A stretch of DNA of 64,000 nucleotides from a virus. The notes beneath the pieces were generated by a model. The model was not told where the DNA came from. It worked only from the letters and a program-made list of their open reading frames with translations, and ran no database searches. This document shows positions 10,268-20,494 of this stretch, in pieces. The stretch is taken from positions 244,404-308,403 of the IMG/VR virus record IMGVR_UViG_3300032782_000001; one strand, given 5' to 3'. Positions within the stretch are counted from its first letter, which is position 1. Every line of letters starts with the position of its first letter. The translations under genes were made by a program, and so were the position numbers.

Positions 10268-11302
10268 CTACCTGGTGGGACGAGAAAATCTCGGATTGAC
10301 ATTACCGACAGCTTTATCCACAGTTGGCGGCGGGACAACTACTTTTGAAGCGGGTGCTTCAATGACTTCTGAGGGGACAGAAGGAGTGGCCTGGAAAGGC
10401 CTGTCGGGCGTTGATCCTTCACGGCCAACTGCTGGCACCTGGCTATACGCCTTAGACGGCTGCCTCGTCCTAGTGTAAGGGACTGTGGCGGGGGCTCGAG
10501 CTGCTGGTGGGGGTACCGGCACAGGGACAGTAATGGTAGGAGTTGGGGATGGGGTGGAAATCGGTGGGGGGCTGTAATTCTGTACAGCTTCCTGAGATTG
10601 GGTGTGCTGAATCTTAGGCTGAGGAAGCGGGTCTTTGGCAACTGTAGCAAACGGATTGAATTCCACGTCTGGAATTGGAGGGTCTGGAATCGAAGAAGCC
10701 TCTTTCGGAGAACTCCGAACGGGCGTCTTATCAGACTCCAGTTTCTCTCCGAGTGAATCTTCATCTCCAGAAGCAGGAGCCTCGATGAGATTCGGCATTC
10801 CGAGTTGTTGTCGGAGTTCCGCTGCTCTTGCTTCAATTTCTGCGAGTTCTGTAAGTGGATCTTTGGCATTCTCGAATGTGACATTCTTGAGACTGTCCTT
10901 CTTATGGGACTCCATCAGATCCACGAAGACTTCGAAAGCGCGGTCAATAAATTCACCGCCCCAAGTTGACATCTTGGCTTTAATGTACCCGGCCAGGTCT
11001 ACTTTTACTTCCTTCCCGAGTCGAGGATCAGAAATGGGAAAGACAGAACCTGCAAAACGCCAAGGTCGTAAATCCAAACTATCAATGCCAACAATAGCAT
11101 GAGCGATAGTAATACGCTTGGTTTCGAAAATAGTATTGGCACCAAGGTCAGCATTCGCCAACGTATCGTTGACTTTCGCTTGACTGTCTCCAGGAATAGG
11201 AGAAAACCAGATGACTCGACCAGCAATCTCGCGTTTCCAGCACTCTGAAGTGCCGACATTCGAGATTTGTTCGTCCAGTTGCTTAAGGAAATCGACGTCC
11301 AT
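10268..11302 (-). CDS. Hypothetical protein (344 aa): ~150-aa globular N-domain plus long Pro-rich tail
   Basis: ORF track. C-terminal ~180 aa are extremely Pro/Thr/Ser-rich (PVPVPPPAARAPATVP...). Confidence 0.5.
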   Translation of the reverse strand: MDVDFLKQLDEQISNVGTSECWKREIAGRVIWFSPIPGDSQAKVNDTLANADLGANTIFETKRITIAHAIVGIDSLDLRPWRFAGSVFPISDPRLGKEVKVDLAGYIKAKMSTWGGEFIDRAFEVFVDLMESHKKDSLKNVTFENAKDPLTELAEIEARAAELRQQLGMPNLIEAPASGDEDSLGEKLESDKTPVRSSPKEASSIPDPPIPDVEFNPFATVAKDPLPQPKIQHTQSQEAVQNYSPPPISTPSPTPTITVPVPVPPPAARAPATVPYTRTRQPSKAYSQVPAVGREGSTPDRPFQATPSVPSEVIEAPASKVVVPPPTVDKAVGNVNPRFSRPTR

Positions 11303-11362
11303 CCGTTCCTCCGCAGGATATTAAACCTGCGGAGGAACGCTACCATGCAACTGAATAGAAAA

Positions 11363-12037
11363 TCAGCCCGTGGGCGTGAAGAGACCAGAGCCAGCACCAG
11401 GCTGGAGAATGGGATTGTTGCCAGAATCGAGCAGATCTCCGTAGGAATTGGGATCCGCACCATATAGACTGACACCATCCGTGACGTCGGTGCAAGTTGC
11501 CGCAGCATCTTCAGCCACGATAGCAGAATCCGAAGGGAAACTGACGGATACAGAATTGAGCCAGCATGCTTCGAAGAAGGTGACCAACGCGAAATTGGTA
11601 CCACCGCTTTCAAGAACTTGCTGGATGATGGCACCACCGTCCTGAGCCGTTACGAGCTCCGAAAACACGAGCTCCGAACGGATGTCAAAGGGCCATTTGT
11701 GTTGGCGAAGAGATCGAACAAGACCATCGACACCGCCTCGGTATCCGACCTCTTGTACAATTCCGGCAGTATAGAGAAGAGTCCGGTTGAGAGTCAAGGC
11801 CATGGGCTCGGTCACACCAGGCACGAGCTCTTGGATCTTGTCACCGAAGCCAACACCGCGCACGGGATCGATAGCCCGAGATTCCGAGTAGTCGAACGTC
11901 GAAAGGACGCCCACCTGCTTCTCCGTCGGACTGCTAGCAGTCCAAGGCTTCGAGAAAACGCGATTCTTTTGAGAAATAGCTACTCGCGTGTTAGGCGAGG
12001 AACCAGTTCTGTATATGTAGGTGTCCACATCACGCAT
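11363..12037 (-). CDS. Hypothetical structural protein (224 aa)
   Basis: ORF track. Sits where a tail tube or tail-terminator gene would be, upstream of the chaperone/TMP region. No motif recognised. Confidence 0.4.
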   Translation of the reverse strand: MRDVDTYIYRTGSSPNTRVAISQKNRVFSKPWTASSPTEKQVGVLSTFDYSESRAIDPVRGVGFGDKIQELVPGVTEPMALTLNRTLLYTAGIVQEVGYRGGVDGLVRSLRQHKWPFDIRSELVFSELVTAQDGGAIIQQVLESGGTNFALVTFFEACWLNSVSVSFPSDSAIVAEDAAATCTDVTDGVSLYGADPNSYGDLLDSGNNPILQPGAGSGLFTPTG

Positions 12038-12116
12038 CTGTGCATTCTCCCGTCAGCCTAGATCCTGCATCAGAATTTTCATAAACCACGTAATAGTATA
12101 CGGGGGCCGTAATATT

Positions 12117-12398
12117 ATGCAAACAGCAGCAGAGAAGGCAGCCAGGAGAAGGTTCGAAGCAAGGAGCCTCATAGACAAGCTCAAAGCGGAACCTTGCACG
12201 GATTGTCAGAAAAAGTTCCATCCTTGTCAGATGGATTTCTGGAGGTCCGATAGAGGGACTCGTCCAATTTCCCAGATGTTGTTGAAGTCAAAGAAAACAA
12301 TCATGATGGAAGCAGCTCGTTGCGTCCTCGTATGCGCAAACTGTGGACGATTACGAACTTGGAATCAACAACGTCAAGATAGGTCTGAACCGACGTAA
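12117..12398 (+). CDS. Degenerate HNH-type zinc-finger protein
   Basis: CTDCQKKFHPCQMDFW...CVLVCANCGR has the same CxxC...CxxC architecture as the tandem HNH modules of ORF 15290-16123, but with the D-H dyad replaced. I chose the internal ATG at 12117 so the gene does not overlap the minus-strand gene. Confidence 0.4.
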   Translation: MQTAAEKAARRRFEARSLIDKLKAEPCTDCQKKFHPCQMDFWRSDRGTRPISQMLLKSKKTIMMEAARCVLVCANCGRLRTWNQQRQDRSEPT

Positions 12399-12404
12399 TG
12401 TATC

Positions 12405-12830
12405 TTGGAATTGATGGAAATCCAGAGGCACTGCAGTTATTGTGGGAAAACCGGCCACGACCGTCGATCCCATTTTAGTGCCATGTCAATGAGAAAGAAC
12501 CAGCCGCGACATTGCAGCCAATGCGGGCACGTTGGTCATGATAGAAGAACCTGCAGTCACACGAGACTTCATCTCTCCGTCAGAAAGTGCTTAGGGGAGA
12601 GACTCGTAGACGGAGAGATCTATCAAGTATTGGAGTGTGGGCACGCTGTCCCGGCCACGTTGGACGCGGACGGAATGTGGGTTCAGGAATGGCGTCAATG
12701 TTACCAGTGTAAAGAAGGAAAGCCGGCTTGCAAACCTCTTTACGAAGGAGAGCCAACCTATGATTTCCGACGCAAATCTTGGAAACAATTCCAATTCAAT
12801 CGTCAGAAATTGACGACAGAATTACAATAG
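12405..12830 (+). CDS. CCHC zinc-knuckle protein (141 aa)
   Basis: Two CxxCGxxGHDRRxC knuckles (CSYCGKTGHDRRSH, CSQCGHVGHDRRTC) plus further Cys/His pairs. Confidence 0.5.
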   Translation: MELMEIQRHCSYCGKTGHDRRSHFSAMSMRKNQPRHCSQCGHVGHDRRTCSHTRLHLSVRKCLGERLVDGEIYQVLECGHAVPATLDADGMWVQEWRQCYQCKEGKPACKPLYEGEPTYDFRRKSWKQFQFNRQKLTTELQ

Positions 12831-13183
12831 TATATTCTGTGGATATTCATCAACTCAAAGCCATCGCAAAACGCGGCGGGATCGTTAAATGGATCGCTTC
12901 GGGCATGTACGAAAAGCTCGGAATGCTAGGAAAGCGAGTCACGGCTCAAGGGCCTAATTCCCCAATCCATTTCTTGTCTGGCGATCGAACCAAATTCCAT
13001 TGTGTTGAAGTGAATCCGAAATCCACGGTCCCCGCGGGAGAATTGTTATTTCCTCGAGGCCCCGTTCCCTACGGATTGATCGTGAGTTCACATTACAAGT
13101 ATAAAGAAACTGTGCGCTTCAAAGCTGAAGCCCGTGAACGTAAGAAGAACATGAAGATCGTAGCTGAAGTCATGGAATCCTGA
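12779..13183 (+). CDS. Small protein with C-terminal VMES tag (family member)
   Basis: Ends ...KIVAEVMES-stop (gtc atg gaa tcc tga), identical to the cluster at 21.7-27.5 kb. The true start may be downstream of the overlap with 12405-12830. Confidence 0.4.
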   Translation: METIPIQSSEIDDRITIVYSVDIHQLKAIAKRGGIVKWIASGMYEKLGMLGKRVTAQGPNSPIHFLSGDRTKFHCVEVNPKSTVPAGELLFPRGPVPYGLIVSSHYKYKETVRFKAEARERKKNMKIVAEVMES

Positions 13184-13214
13184 AAGTATTCGATAGCAGA
13201 TGTAAAAGCATTCC

Positions 13215-14531
13215 ATGGGTTCATTCAGCTACACGTGCGGAGTTTCTAAACTGCCAATCGAGGCCGGGGATAAAATCCGGTACATTCTTCTCACTGAAAA
13301 TCCTTATGGCGATGATTGTGGAGCTAACGGACATTGGTTTCCTAGATCTTTCCCAATTCGAGCGGAATACAACGACTATGGTTCCGTCGAAAATGTGGAA
13401 GACGGGATCGGTCGTGATCTCTGGATGGAAGCTCTGAAGATCGACCTCTTATCGGTAGGAGTCGGAGATAATTCCGTGCATGATGTTCCAACTTCTAAAA
13501 ATATGAAGTGGGAACAGTTGCTAGAAGCTATCGTGGAAAAACGAGTCTTTGTTCGTCAGGATGTTGGCGATACGAGGGCCGATCGGAAAAAATTGGAACA
13601 GCATCTCGCAGATGGTCGGAAAACGGTCCCTAATGGGGTGCCAACCATGCAACGAGTATGTTCGGCCCTCAAGAAAGCAAAGCATGCTGTGACTTCAGCT
13701 GGATTCACACATGCAGGCTTTCTAGTGGACAAGATCCGCTACGGAACAATCCGTGTTCGGTGGTCGGGTAACAGTAAGTCTTACGGGAAAGATGTGGAAA
13801 AACTCGAGAAGGCACAAAAAGCCCTCTCGGAGTATGCCACCGTAGTGAAAGCCGGCTCAGGATCCTACGCACATATTGCTGAACTCATGGTTTACGCTAA
13901 GCCAAACACGGCGGGCTTTCATGATGGGAAGAGGCTTCCAAAGAAACGGCTCACGGTAAGCCACATCATGGTCCGTGAAGACGTTTGGCAAAAACTATTG
14001 GGTATTCGTACTGAAGATTTTTACAACCATAGAAGGTATTTAGGCATCGAAGATCACCGCAAGGCCATTCGTGATCTTTATGATTTGTCTTGTAAAGAAT
14101 ATCATAAAACTTGCTTCAAAGTCGATAAAAATGCTTCACCAGAAATGGTCTCCATGATGGAGTGTGCTAAGAGACTCCGTTCGTTTGCATTAGAAAACAT
14201 AGACAATCATAGCCCTGTCGGGTTTATCGCCAAAGACGGGATTCCATTCGCGGTGGGGCTCGGAACTAATTGGCGACTTCTGATCGAAAAGAATCTTCCA
14301 GAAGTAGAAGCGGCTCCGGTTCTTGATTCCATTGCCGAAATGGTCCATGTCATGAAGGTGCTTCTTCCTGTCCGATGGTCATGGGTTCCGTCTACGTCCT
14401 GCGGACCTCAGTTCGGGGAATGGGAAAAACACGCTGTCGTGAACGACATTTTCTCACAAATTGCGACCGATATCGGTTTCCAACACAAAGTCCGACAGGA
14501 AGAATTCGAAAAGGAATGTCAGGGAAACTGA
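13215..14531 (+). CDS. Hypothetical protein (438 aa)
   Basis: Long ORF, no motif recognised. Confidence 0.5.
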   Translation: MGSFSYTCGVSKLPIEAGDKIRYILLTENPYGDDCGANGHWFPRSFPIRAEYNDYGSVENVEDGIGRDLWMEALKIDLLSVGVGDNSVHDVPTSKNMKWEQLLEAIVEKRVFVRQDVGDTRADRKKLEQHLADGRKTVPNGVPTMQRVCSALKKAKHAVTSAGFTHAGFLVDKIRYGTIRVRWSGNSKSYGKDVEKLEKAQKALSEYATVVKAGSGSYAHIAELMVYAKPNTAGFHDGKRLPKKRLTVSHIMVREDVWQKLLGIRTEDFYNHRRYLGIEDHRKAIRDLYDLSCKEYHKTCFKVDKNASPEMVSMMECAKRLRSFALENIDNHSPVGFIAKDGIPFAVGLGTNWRLLIEKNLPEVEAAPVLDSIAEMVHVMKVLLPVRWSWVPSTSCGPQFGEWEKHAVVNDIFSQIATDIGFQHKVRQEEFEKECQGN

Positions 14532-14658
14532 CAAGGAGTGATAGTGCAACAGAATCGTAGGAACAATATGGATCGTCGACCCGTCCGAGTACCCCCTGTG
14601 GAAATCATCTACTTGAGGCGTTCGTACAGAAATCGTTCAGCGGAAACCGCTGATGGAA

Positions 14659-15300
14659 TCAAGACGGAGCAATCACCCAAAGGACCCGTGGAGTCAAGCC
14701 AAGAGCCCTCGCCGCCATCAGGCGAGCGTTTCCGCTCACAAGAGTGATGCTGCCATCAGATCGTTCCAAAATGATAGGGGCAGGAATCCCCGCCCCCTGG
14801 ACCATCCCCTGGATTACACTATCGACATCCCGTCCATAACCTTCAGCAATATCGGTGGCCTCGTTTACGGACGAAATACCGAACGAATCTGTTCCTTCCA
14901 ACCTTTGCCAGTCGGATTCTGATAAAGGCCGCATCTTGGCACTGTGCGCTTCCTGAAGCAGAGAAGGCATTTCGAGCCCTTCTTCATCAGCTAGGCGTAC
15001 GAGTTCCTCCTCTTCTTCATCAAGGCTCGGAGGTACCCAAGAAACGGAAGGAACACCGGCAATATGGAAGGCCGCCACTAAGAGTCTGGTGGACACGTTT
15101 AAACCCGCTGGAGGGGTCTTCTGAGCCCATTGAGCTTTGGAACGAGTTTCGAACACAGAACTCTTGATTCCGTCGATCGTGAGATACCCAGAAAACTTCG
15201 CGTCTTCTAAAACATCTTCAGGAATTTCTTCAGGGTCCCAAGAGCCGTCTGGCTGAAGATGAAATCCGATTCCAGGAGTAAGTATCGGTTCATGTCGCAT
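14659..15300 (-). CDS. Hypothetical protein; N-domain paralogous to ORF 15290-16123, C-terminus possibly ParB/Srx-like
   Basis: Shares FSGYLTI(D/E)G(I/F)K(S/T)xVFET with the next ORF. C-terminal ILERSDGSITLVSGNARLMAARALGL weakly resembles the ParB N-domain GxxR motif. Start set at ATG 15298-15300; the track start at 15348 is TTG. Confidence 0.4.
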   Translation of the reverse strand: MRHEPILTPGIGFHLQPDGSWDPEEIPEDVLEDAKFSGYLTIDGIKSSVFETRSKAQWAQKTPPAGLNVSTRLLVAAFHIAGVPSVSWVPPSLDEEEEELVRLADEEGLEMPSLLQEAHSAKMRPLSESDWQRLEGTDSFGISSVNEATDIAEGYGRDVDSVIQGMVQGAGIPAPIILERSDGSITLVSGNARLMAARALGLTPRVLWVIAPS

Positions 15301-16123
15301 ACTGACTCCGCAAATGTGTACGCCGACGATGACACCAACAACAAACAAGATCGCATTTCATGATTTCGTTCAAAACAATTTTATTCGAACGACGTTTGCT
15401 AACGAGATCAGACACTGCCATCCGTTTTATTTCACCAGGAATATGATCAAAATCCATGAGCAGTGGATTGAATGAAGATCCACAATCGGCACACGAGTTT
15501 TGCTTGAGCTCAGAAATGGGGCTAAGTATTCCATTTCTGGAAAAGGTTCGTTCACGATGGCATCCGACGCAAACAAGTTCACATAAAGAAATTTCTTGAA
15601 GAATGCGTTTTTGACTCCAATGTTGCTTTTGCAACATGCTAATGGAAAAGGTTTTCACACCTAAATGATCATAATCCATCATCCAAGGTTCAAATATGCG
15701 TTTACAATCCGTACACGGGTTAGTTTTTAAAGAATCTACGAATTTCTTCAAACTCCGACGACGTTCTAAAGTAGAACGATTGTGTGATATTTTCTTTTTC
15801 GGATTAGACCGCCATTCTTTAAATATTAAGCTTTTACACTTTCTACACCGGGAGTCCCGGCCCATACCACCACGCTTAAACCTCGTGAAGGACTCCAAGG
15901 AAAGAATCATTCCGCATTTTGTGCATAATTTCCGATCCCCGAAGGCCCATTGTTCTCCCTCGGGGGTTTCAAACACGGCGGTCTTGAATCCCTCAATAGT
16001 GAGATATCCTGAAAACTCCGCCTTAGAAATGACGCTGGACGGGACCTTCATGACGTCCCATTCACCTTCAGCGTTCAGACGGAAGGCGTTCCCAGGCTCA
16101 AGGCTAGGGCCGTCGGCCTTCAT
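15290..16123 (-). CDS. Tandem HNH zinc-finger nuclease-like protein (277 aa)
   Basis: Two modules: CTDC...MDYDH...CELVCVGCHR and CADC...MDFDH...CDLVCCWCHRRR (CxxC...DH...CxxCH). N-terminal domain is shared with ORF 14659-15300. Confidence 0.5.
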   Translation of the reverse strand: MKADGPSLEPGNAFRLNAEGEWDVMKVPSSVISKAEFSGYLTIEGFKTAVFETPEGEQWAFGDRKLCTKCGMILSLESFTRFKRGGMGRDSRCRKCKSLIFKEWRSNPKKKISHNRSTLERRRSLKKFVDSLKTNPCTDCKRIFEPWMMDYDHLGVKTFSISMLQKQHWSQKRILQEISLCELVCVGCHRERTFSRNGILSPISELKQNSCADCGSSFNPLLMDFDHIPGEIKRMAVSDLVSKRRSNKIVLNEIMKCDLVCCWCHRRRTHLRSQYAT

Positions 16124-16134
16124 CAGAAGAGAGA

Positions 16135-16656
16135 TTACTCCGACTTTTCGGAGTGATGACCCTTGTTGCGGCGCTCGAAATAGAACGTTGAGTTCTTGGA
16201 TTGATCGCCGTATAGCGAATGGACAGCCTTCTCAATAGCCTCGAGCGGCTTGTCGAGATCTTGAACCGTATCGACTTCAGAGAAGATCCCTGCAACCTTC
16301 TCCACAATGGAAGCGATCTGGGGACGGATCGCAGCATTCTGAGGACGTTGAGCTGCTACGAAAGCTTGCTTGAGACCCGACAGGATACTGACGATTCGTC
16401 GGTAATTGGCGGCCGGAACCACGGCCGCGCTCCGAAGCTGATCGATTTGATCTCCAAGATGCTCGATATCAGACTTACGAGAATGCTCCCCGAAGGAATT
16501 CTTCTCACCAGCCGGCTTCTCAACTTCACTTTGGAGCAAAGCGATCTGAGCCTCCAGACCGTCGATGCTACGGTCTACAGCCTCATCCTGCGGGTCCATC
16601 TGCGCGAGACGGGTGGCGTGTTCGACAGCAGCGGCAACAATCTGAATTTGGCTCAT
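16135..16656 (-). CDS. Hypothetical protein (173 aa)
   Basis: ORF track, helical prediction. No motif recognised. Confidence 0.4.
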   Translation of the reverse strand: MSQIQIVAAAVEHATRLAQMDPQDEAVDRSIDGLEAQIALLQSEVEKPAGEKNSFGEHSRKSDIEHLGDQIDQLRSAAVVPAANYRRIVSILSGLKQAFVAAQRPQNAAIRPQIASIVEKVAGIFSEVDTVQDLDKPLEAIEKAVHSLYGDQSKNSTFYFERRNKGHHSEKSE

Positions 16657-16696
16657 GTCTGGTCCTCTCTAGATAGAAAAGATTGAAGGGTTATGA

Positions 16697-18202
16697 TTAG
16701 CCCAACGCCTTTACTTCCATATCCCCATCTACCCGGACATGGTGCTTCTTGGCCCTTTGACCGATAGCAAAATTGGAAACGACTTGCTGGGCCGCCGCAG
16801 TCAGATCATCTGAAGTGAAGGTGACAGCGCCACCAGAAGTACCTCTTTCAGCCACCGCTCGGATAACGGTAGACTTAGCAAGTTCCTTCACATATGCGCC
16901 CGTAAGCCCTTCGCATAGTTCGATCACGGTGCTGATCGTATCTTTCGTAACCGAAGCATCGGGAACAGCATGAAGCTTCTTGAGGAAGGAATGAAGCATA
17001 AGAGCACGGTCGATGGAATCCGGGTAGGGAATTTCAATTTTGACATCAAACCTACCTGGCCGATTAACAAGAGCCTCGTCCATTGAGGCGATGTCATTGG
17101 TTGAAGCCATTACTACAACCCCAGCATTCTCTTGAGCCCCATCCAGACATGCCAAAAACTCATTGAGAACGCGACTTTCATAACCGCTCAGACCACTCCT
17201 GTTCCCTCCGAACAGGTCCATGTCTTCAATAAACACAATGCAAGGGGCCAAAGTCCTGGCGGCCTGGAACAGTGAAGTTACGTGTTCAGGATAATCAATT
17301 GACTTTCCCGTGCACCAAATTCGAGTAGCTTGACTTTCAGTTTCATGCGAGATAGCACGAAACAATGTCGTTTTCGCCATTCCGGGCGGAGAAATAAGGA
17401 TAGCATTCCGATTCGGGCACATGCCGACGGAAGCCAATTCCTCCATATGTTTGAGCACTTCTACGGTGTTGTCACGAATAGCGCATTTGACATGATCCTT
17501 GAGAACAATATCGTCCCAAGACGTCGAAGTCACTGCCATGAAGTCTAGATGACCACGTTCAAAGCAAAGACATTTCTTGAAATAAATATCATTAGCTCGA
17601 ATAGACGCATCTAGATCGTGGAAGAACTTTTCAGCTGCTGCTTGTTGAGTAGGGTGAGCAAGAACCGTTAGACTACAATATGGCATCTCGTAACAGAAAT
17701 CTGCCCGGACAACTAAGTGCGTATCGTCGACTTCGTTTCTGACAAAGAAAATACCGTAGACGGGCAGCGTCTCCGTCCGACCAAGGTCCACAGAAAGTTG
17801 TTCATACTGAATGCGGTATGAACTACGCCCTTTGAGGGCTTCTTTGAATTCATACTGGTCGAGGAAAGGTACGATTTCGTATTCGGCACCGTTCACGCCG
17901 TAATTTTTGAACAGACGAGTGAAAGCCCAGGCATTCAAATTCCTAGCAAATGCTGGATAAGTTCGATTGAGATTAATGGCAAGATGAATCTCACATCCTA
18001 GCCAAAGTTCTTTAATGTGGGAATCCGGGTCGGACGGGTACCAACGCTCCACTCGGCGAGCCAGAGCAGCCCGTTCGTCCACCTTCGAAAAATAGGAGTC
18101 CAGAATATAATTGGCGGCTCCGGCAAAAGCATCCGTAATTCCGTAAGGAATACTCACGAGGCTTGGAAGGTAGCCTGCAGTCTTGCGCACGGGTCGGCCC
18201 AT
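16697..18202 (-). CDS. AAA+ family ATPase (501 aa)
   Basis: Walker A-like ILISPPGMAKTTL, Walker B IVFIEDMDLF, sensor-like region (SIDRALMLHSFLKKL) downstream of the ATPase core. Confidence 0.65.
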   Translation of the reverse strand: MGRPVRKTAGYLPSLVSIPYGITDAFAGAANYILDSYFSKVDERAALARRVERWYPSDPDSHIKELWLGCEIHLAINLNRTYPAFARNLNAWAFTRLFKNYGVNGAEYEIVPFLDQYEFKEALKGRSSYRIQYEQLSVDLGRTETLPVYGIFFVRNEVDDTHLVVRADFCYEMPYCSLTVLAHPTQQAAAEKFFHDLDASIRANDIYFKKCLCFERGHLDFMAVTSTSWDDIVLKDHVKCAIRDNTVEVLKHMEELASVGMCPNRNAILISPPGMAKTTLFRAISHETESQATRIWCTGKSIDYPEHVTSLFQAARTLAPCIVFIEDMDLFGGNRSGLSGYESRVLNEFLACLDGAQENAGVVVMASTNDIASMDEALVNRPGRFDVKIEIPYPDSIDRALMLHSFLKKLHAVPDASVTKDTISTVIELCEGLTGAYVKELAKSTVIRAVAERGTSGGAVTFTSDDLTAAAQQVVSNFAIGQRAKKHHVRVDGDMEVKALG

Positions 18203-18668
18203 GCTGTACCGATACCAGAAGAAGGCTAAAGCCGAAAATGGAAGGCTTCCGGGAGTATTCGCAGTCGATGGGATCTAAAAGAAACGGGAAAGTGGTATCT
18301 AAATACCATCGGTTGAGGCTTACGGATGACATCAGGAAGCTTGTACTCGGCTTACCGGTCGTCAACCTTCGAGAAACGCAAGTCGGAAATCACGTATACA
18401 TGGCGGATGGCGAAATTTGCATTGGTCTTCAAAAAAGATCAGTAAGAATCCGAATTGCGCACAGAGATGGGAGACTAAGTCTGATTATCCGTTCAGCAGA
18501 TGGATTGGATTTGGAACTACCTTATGATACCTCCGAACAGAGGGATCAAGCTCCAGTCGACGCAAAAGAAAAGATGCAGGCTATGCTGAATTAGGCGAAT
18601 CCTGGCTTTTTATGTCATCTCTACGTACCCGCTCGGGGGTTCCTGAGACATGAGGGGTATCGTAGACC

Positions 18669-20282
18669 ATGACGATCACTGTCGGCGTGACGCAAACGGC
18701 GTCCGACCTATCCAACGTCATCCAGGCGGTTGTCGTCTTAGGGTCAGATAGCGAGCTTCCCAATCCGCTCGCATCTTTCCTCAGTCCGGACACTTATTTG
18801 TCCGTACTCACTTCATTGTCTATCCAACCCGGGACGTATGACATCGGTCAAATTACCGTTACGTCAGTTAGTTCCCCCATATTTGCACAATTCGCTTACA
18901 GCCTCACTGTCAGGTTCGTCAAAAAAGGAACCGCAGTCACTTCTGCACAGTTCGTGGGGCCGGCAGGACCGGTAGGTCCCCAAGGACCAGCCGGAGAAGA
19001 CGGAGCTCCCGGAGGCCCACCAGGGCCTCAAGGACCAATGGGTCCGGCTGGCCCACAGGGGCCAACTGGAGCACGAGGGCCAACTGGACCGAACGGATCT
19101 CCGGGAGCTCAAGGTCCCATTGGTCCAGCCGGACCATCCGGAGCTAGAGGCGCCACCGGACCGCAGGGAATCCAAGGAGTCACAGGTCCATTCGGTGGAC
19201 CTCAAGGTTCTCAAGGTTCTCCAGGAATTACTGGTTCTCAAGGAGAACCAGGGGTAACCGGAGCGACTGGGCCCCAAGGAACTACAGGTCCTCAAGGTCC
19301 TATCGGGTCCCCAGGGAATCCCGGTAGTCAAGGATCTCCTGGAGTCACAGGGTCTACGGGACCGGCTGGTGCGACTGGAGCACAAGGAGCTACTGGTCTA
19401 CAAGGAGCAACTGGAGCACAAGGAATAACTGGGGCGACTGGACCACAAGGATCAACTGGAGCACAAGGAGCTACCGGTCTACAAGGAGCACAAGGAGCTA
19501 CCGGTCCAACTGGAGCACAAGGAGCTACCGGTCTACAAGGAGCAACTGGAGCACAAGGAATAACTGGGAAAACTGGTGCAACTGGTCCCCAAGGTAGCCC
19601 GGGAGTAACTGGTGCAACGGGGGCTGTTGGACCTCAAGGTGTTACTGGTGCAATTGGACCTCAAGGTTCTCAAGGAAGTCCTGGTGCAACGGGGGCTGCG
19701 GGGGCAACGGGTGCGGTTGGACCTACTGGGTCGCAGGGTATTCAGGGCTCACCTGGGGTCACTGGAGTAACTGGACCTGCGGGAGCTCCTCAAGGGTCAC
19801 CTGGCGTCACTGGACCGCAGGGTCCTACAGGACCACAAGGTGCGACTGGGCCGGCTGGCGGCGGTAGTGCAGTTACAGGAGCGACGGGTCCTCAAGGCGC
19901 AACAGGACCTGCGGGCGCCATGGGCGTCACTGGTCCAATGCGACGGTTCGTTTACCCGACTCCGTCGTTCCCTGTTACAGCTAGCTATATGGCAAGGCCA
20001 TTCGAGAGGGTGTTGTACGCCCCTACGGGGTCAGCATTCACTATTTTTGCTCCGTCGGGGCCTGTGCAAGGCGATCAATTTGCCGTTAAACAAATCACCA
20101 ACAGTCAAACTGCTACCATGACCTTCAACGGCAACAATAATAAAATTGAAGACCCATTTGGTGTAGGACTCCCAGGAGTTACGTCATCCATTATGTCAAT
20201 AGGAGGATACTCCGAAACTTCCATGGTGTGGGAATATGACGGAGTCAACACTTGGTATTTGTTGTTCTTTTGGAGCAACTAG
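18669..20282 (+). CDS. Collagen-like protein with non-collagenous N- and C-terminal domains (537 aa)
   Basis: About 330 aa of uninterrupted G-X-Y triplets ([38 protein letters not shown]...) flanked by a ~95-aa N-domain and a ~110-aa C-domain. Confidence 0.8.
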   Translation: MTITVGVTQTASDLSNVIQAVVVLGSDSELPNPLASFLSPDTYLSVLTSLSIQPGTYDIGQITVTSVSSPIFAQFAYSLTVRFVKKGTAVTSAQFVGPAGPVGPQGPAGEDGAPGGPPGPQGPMGPAGPQGPTGARGPTGPNGSPGAQGPIGPAGPSGARGATGPQGIQGVTGPFGGPQGSQGSPGITGSQGEPGVTGATGPQGTTGPQGPIGSPGNPGSQGSPGVTGSTGPAGATGAQGATGLQGATGAQGITGATGPQGSTGAQGATGLQGAQGATGPTGAQGATGLQGATGAQGITGKTGATGPQGSPGVTGATGAVGPQGVTGAIGPQGSQGSPGATGAAGATGAVGPTGSQGIQGSPGVTGVTGPAGAPQGSPGVTGPQGPTGPQGATGPAGGGSAVTGATGPQGATGPAGAMGVTGPMRRFVYPTPSFPVTASYMARPFERVLYAPTGSAFTIFAPSGPVQGDQFAVKQITNSQTATMTFNGNNNKIEDPFGVGLPGVTSSIMSIGGYSETSMVWEYDGVNTWYLLFFWSN

Positions 20283-20348
20283 CGTGATCCCAATCCGACT
20301 TTTACGCGAGCGGAAATTCCGTTCCAAGAAAGTGACAGGTTTTGTACT

Positions 20349-20368
20349 GAGTGGGCATCAGCCCACTC
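20349..20368. terminator. Hairpin (8-bp stem gagtgggc/gcccactc, 4-nt loop) 65 nt after the collagen-like gene stop
   Basis: Read directly. No clear U-run. Confidence 0.25.
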
Positions 20369-20494
20369 TCCAATCCTAGTCAAGAATCGGGAAAGCTCAT
20401 CGGGACGGACGGGGGCCATAAATTCTACGCCCTCCGATGAATCAGAAACTTCGTCCAAAATTTTCCCGAGGTCATTTGCTTCCATAGATATGAA

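Noticed and set aside
10339-11637. Overlapping minus-strand ORFs 10339-10884 and 11005-11637 and plus ORF 10635-11102
   Set aside because: Alternative frames of the Pro-rich region of ORF 10268-11302. They are low-complexity and span gene boundaries. The ORFs chosen as real are those with overlapping-stop (translationally coupled) junctions.
12021-12116. Upstream extension of the HNH-like ORF from the track start at 12021
   Set aside because: It would overlap the 5' end of the divergent minus gene 11363-12037. The internal ATG at 12117 removes the overlap and starts at a sensible Met (MQTAAEKAARRRF).
14532-14658. Small hairpin cagcgg-aaa-ccgctg in the convergent gap, considered as a terminator
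   Set aside because: Only a 6-bp stem with no U-tract. Too weak to call.
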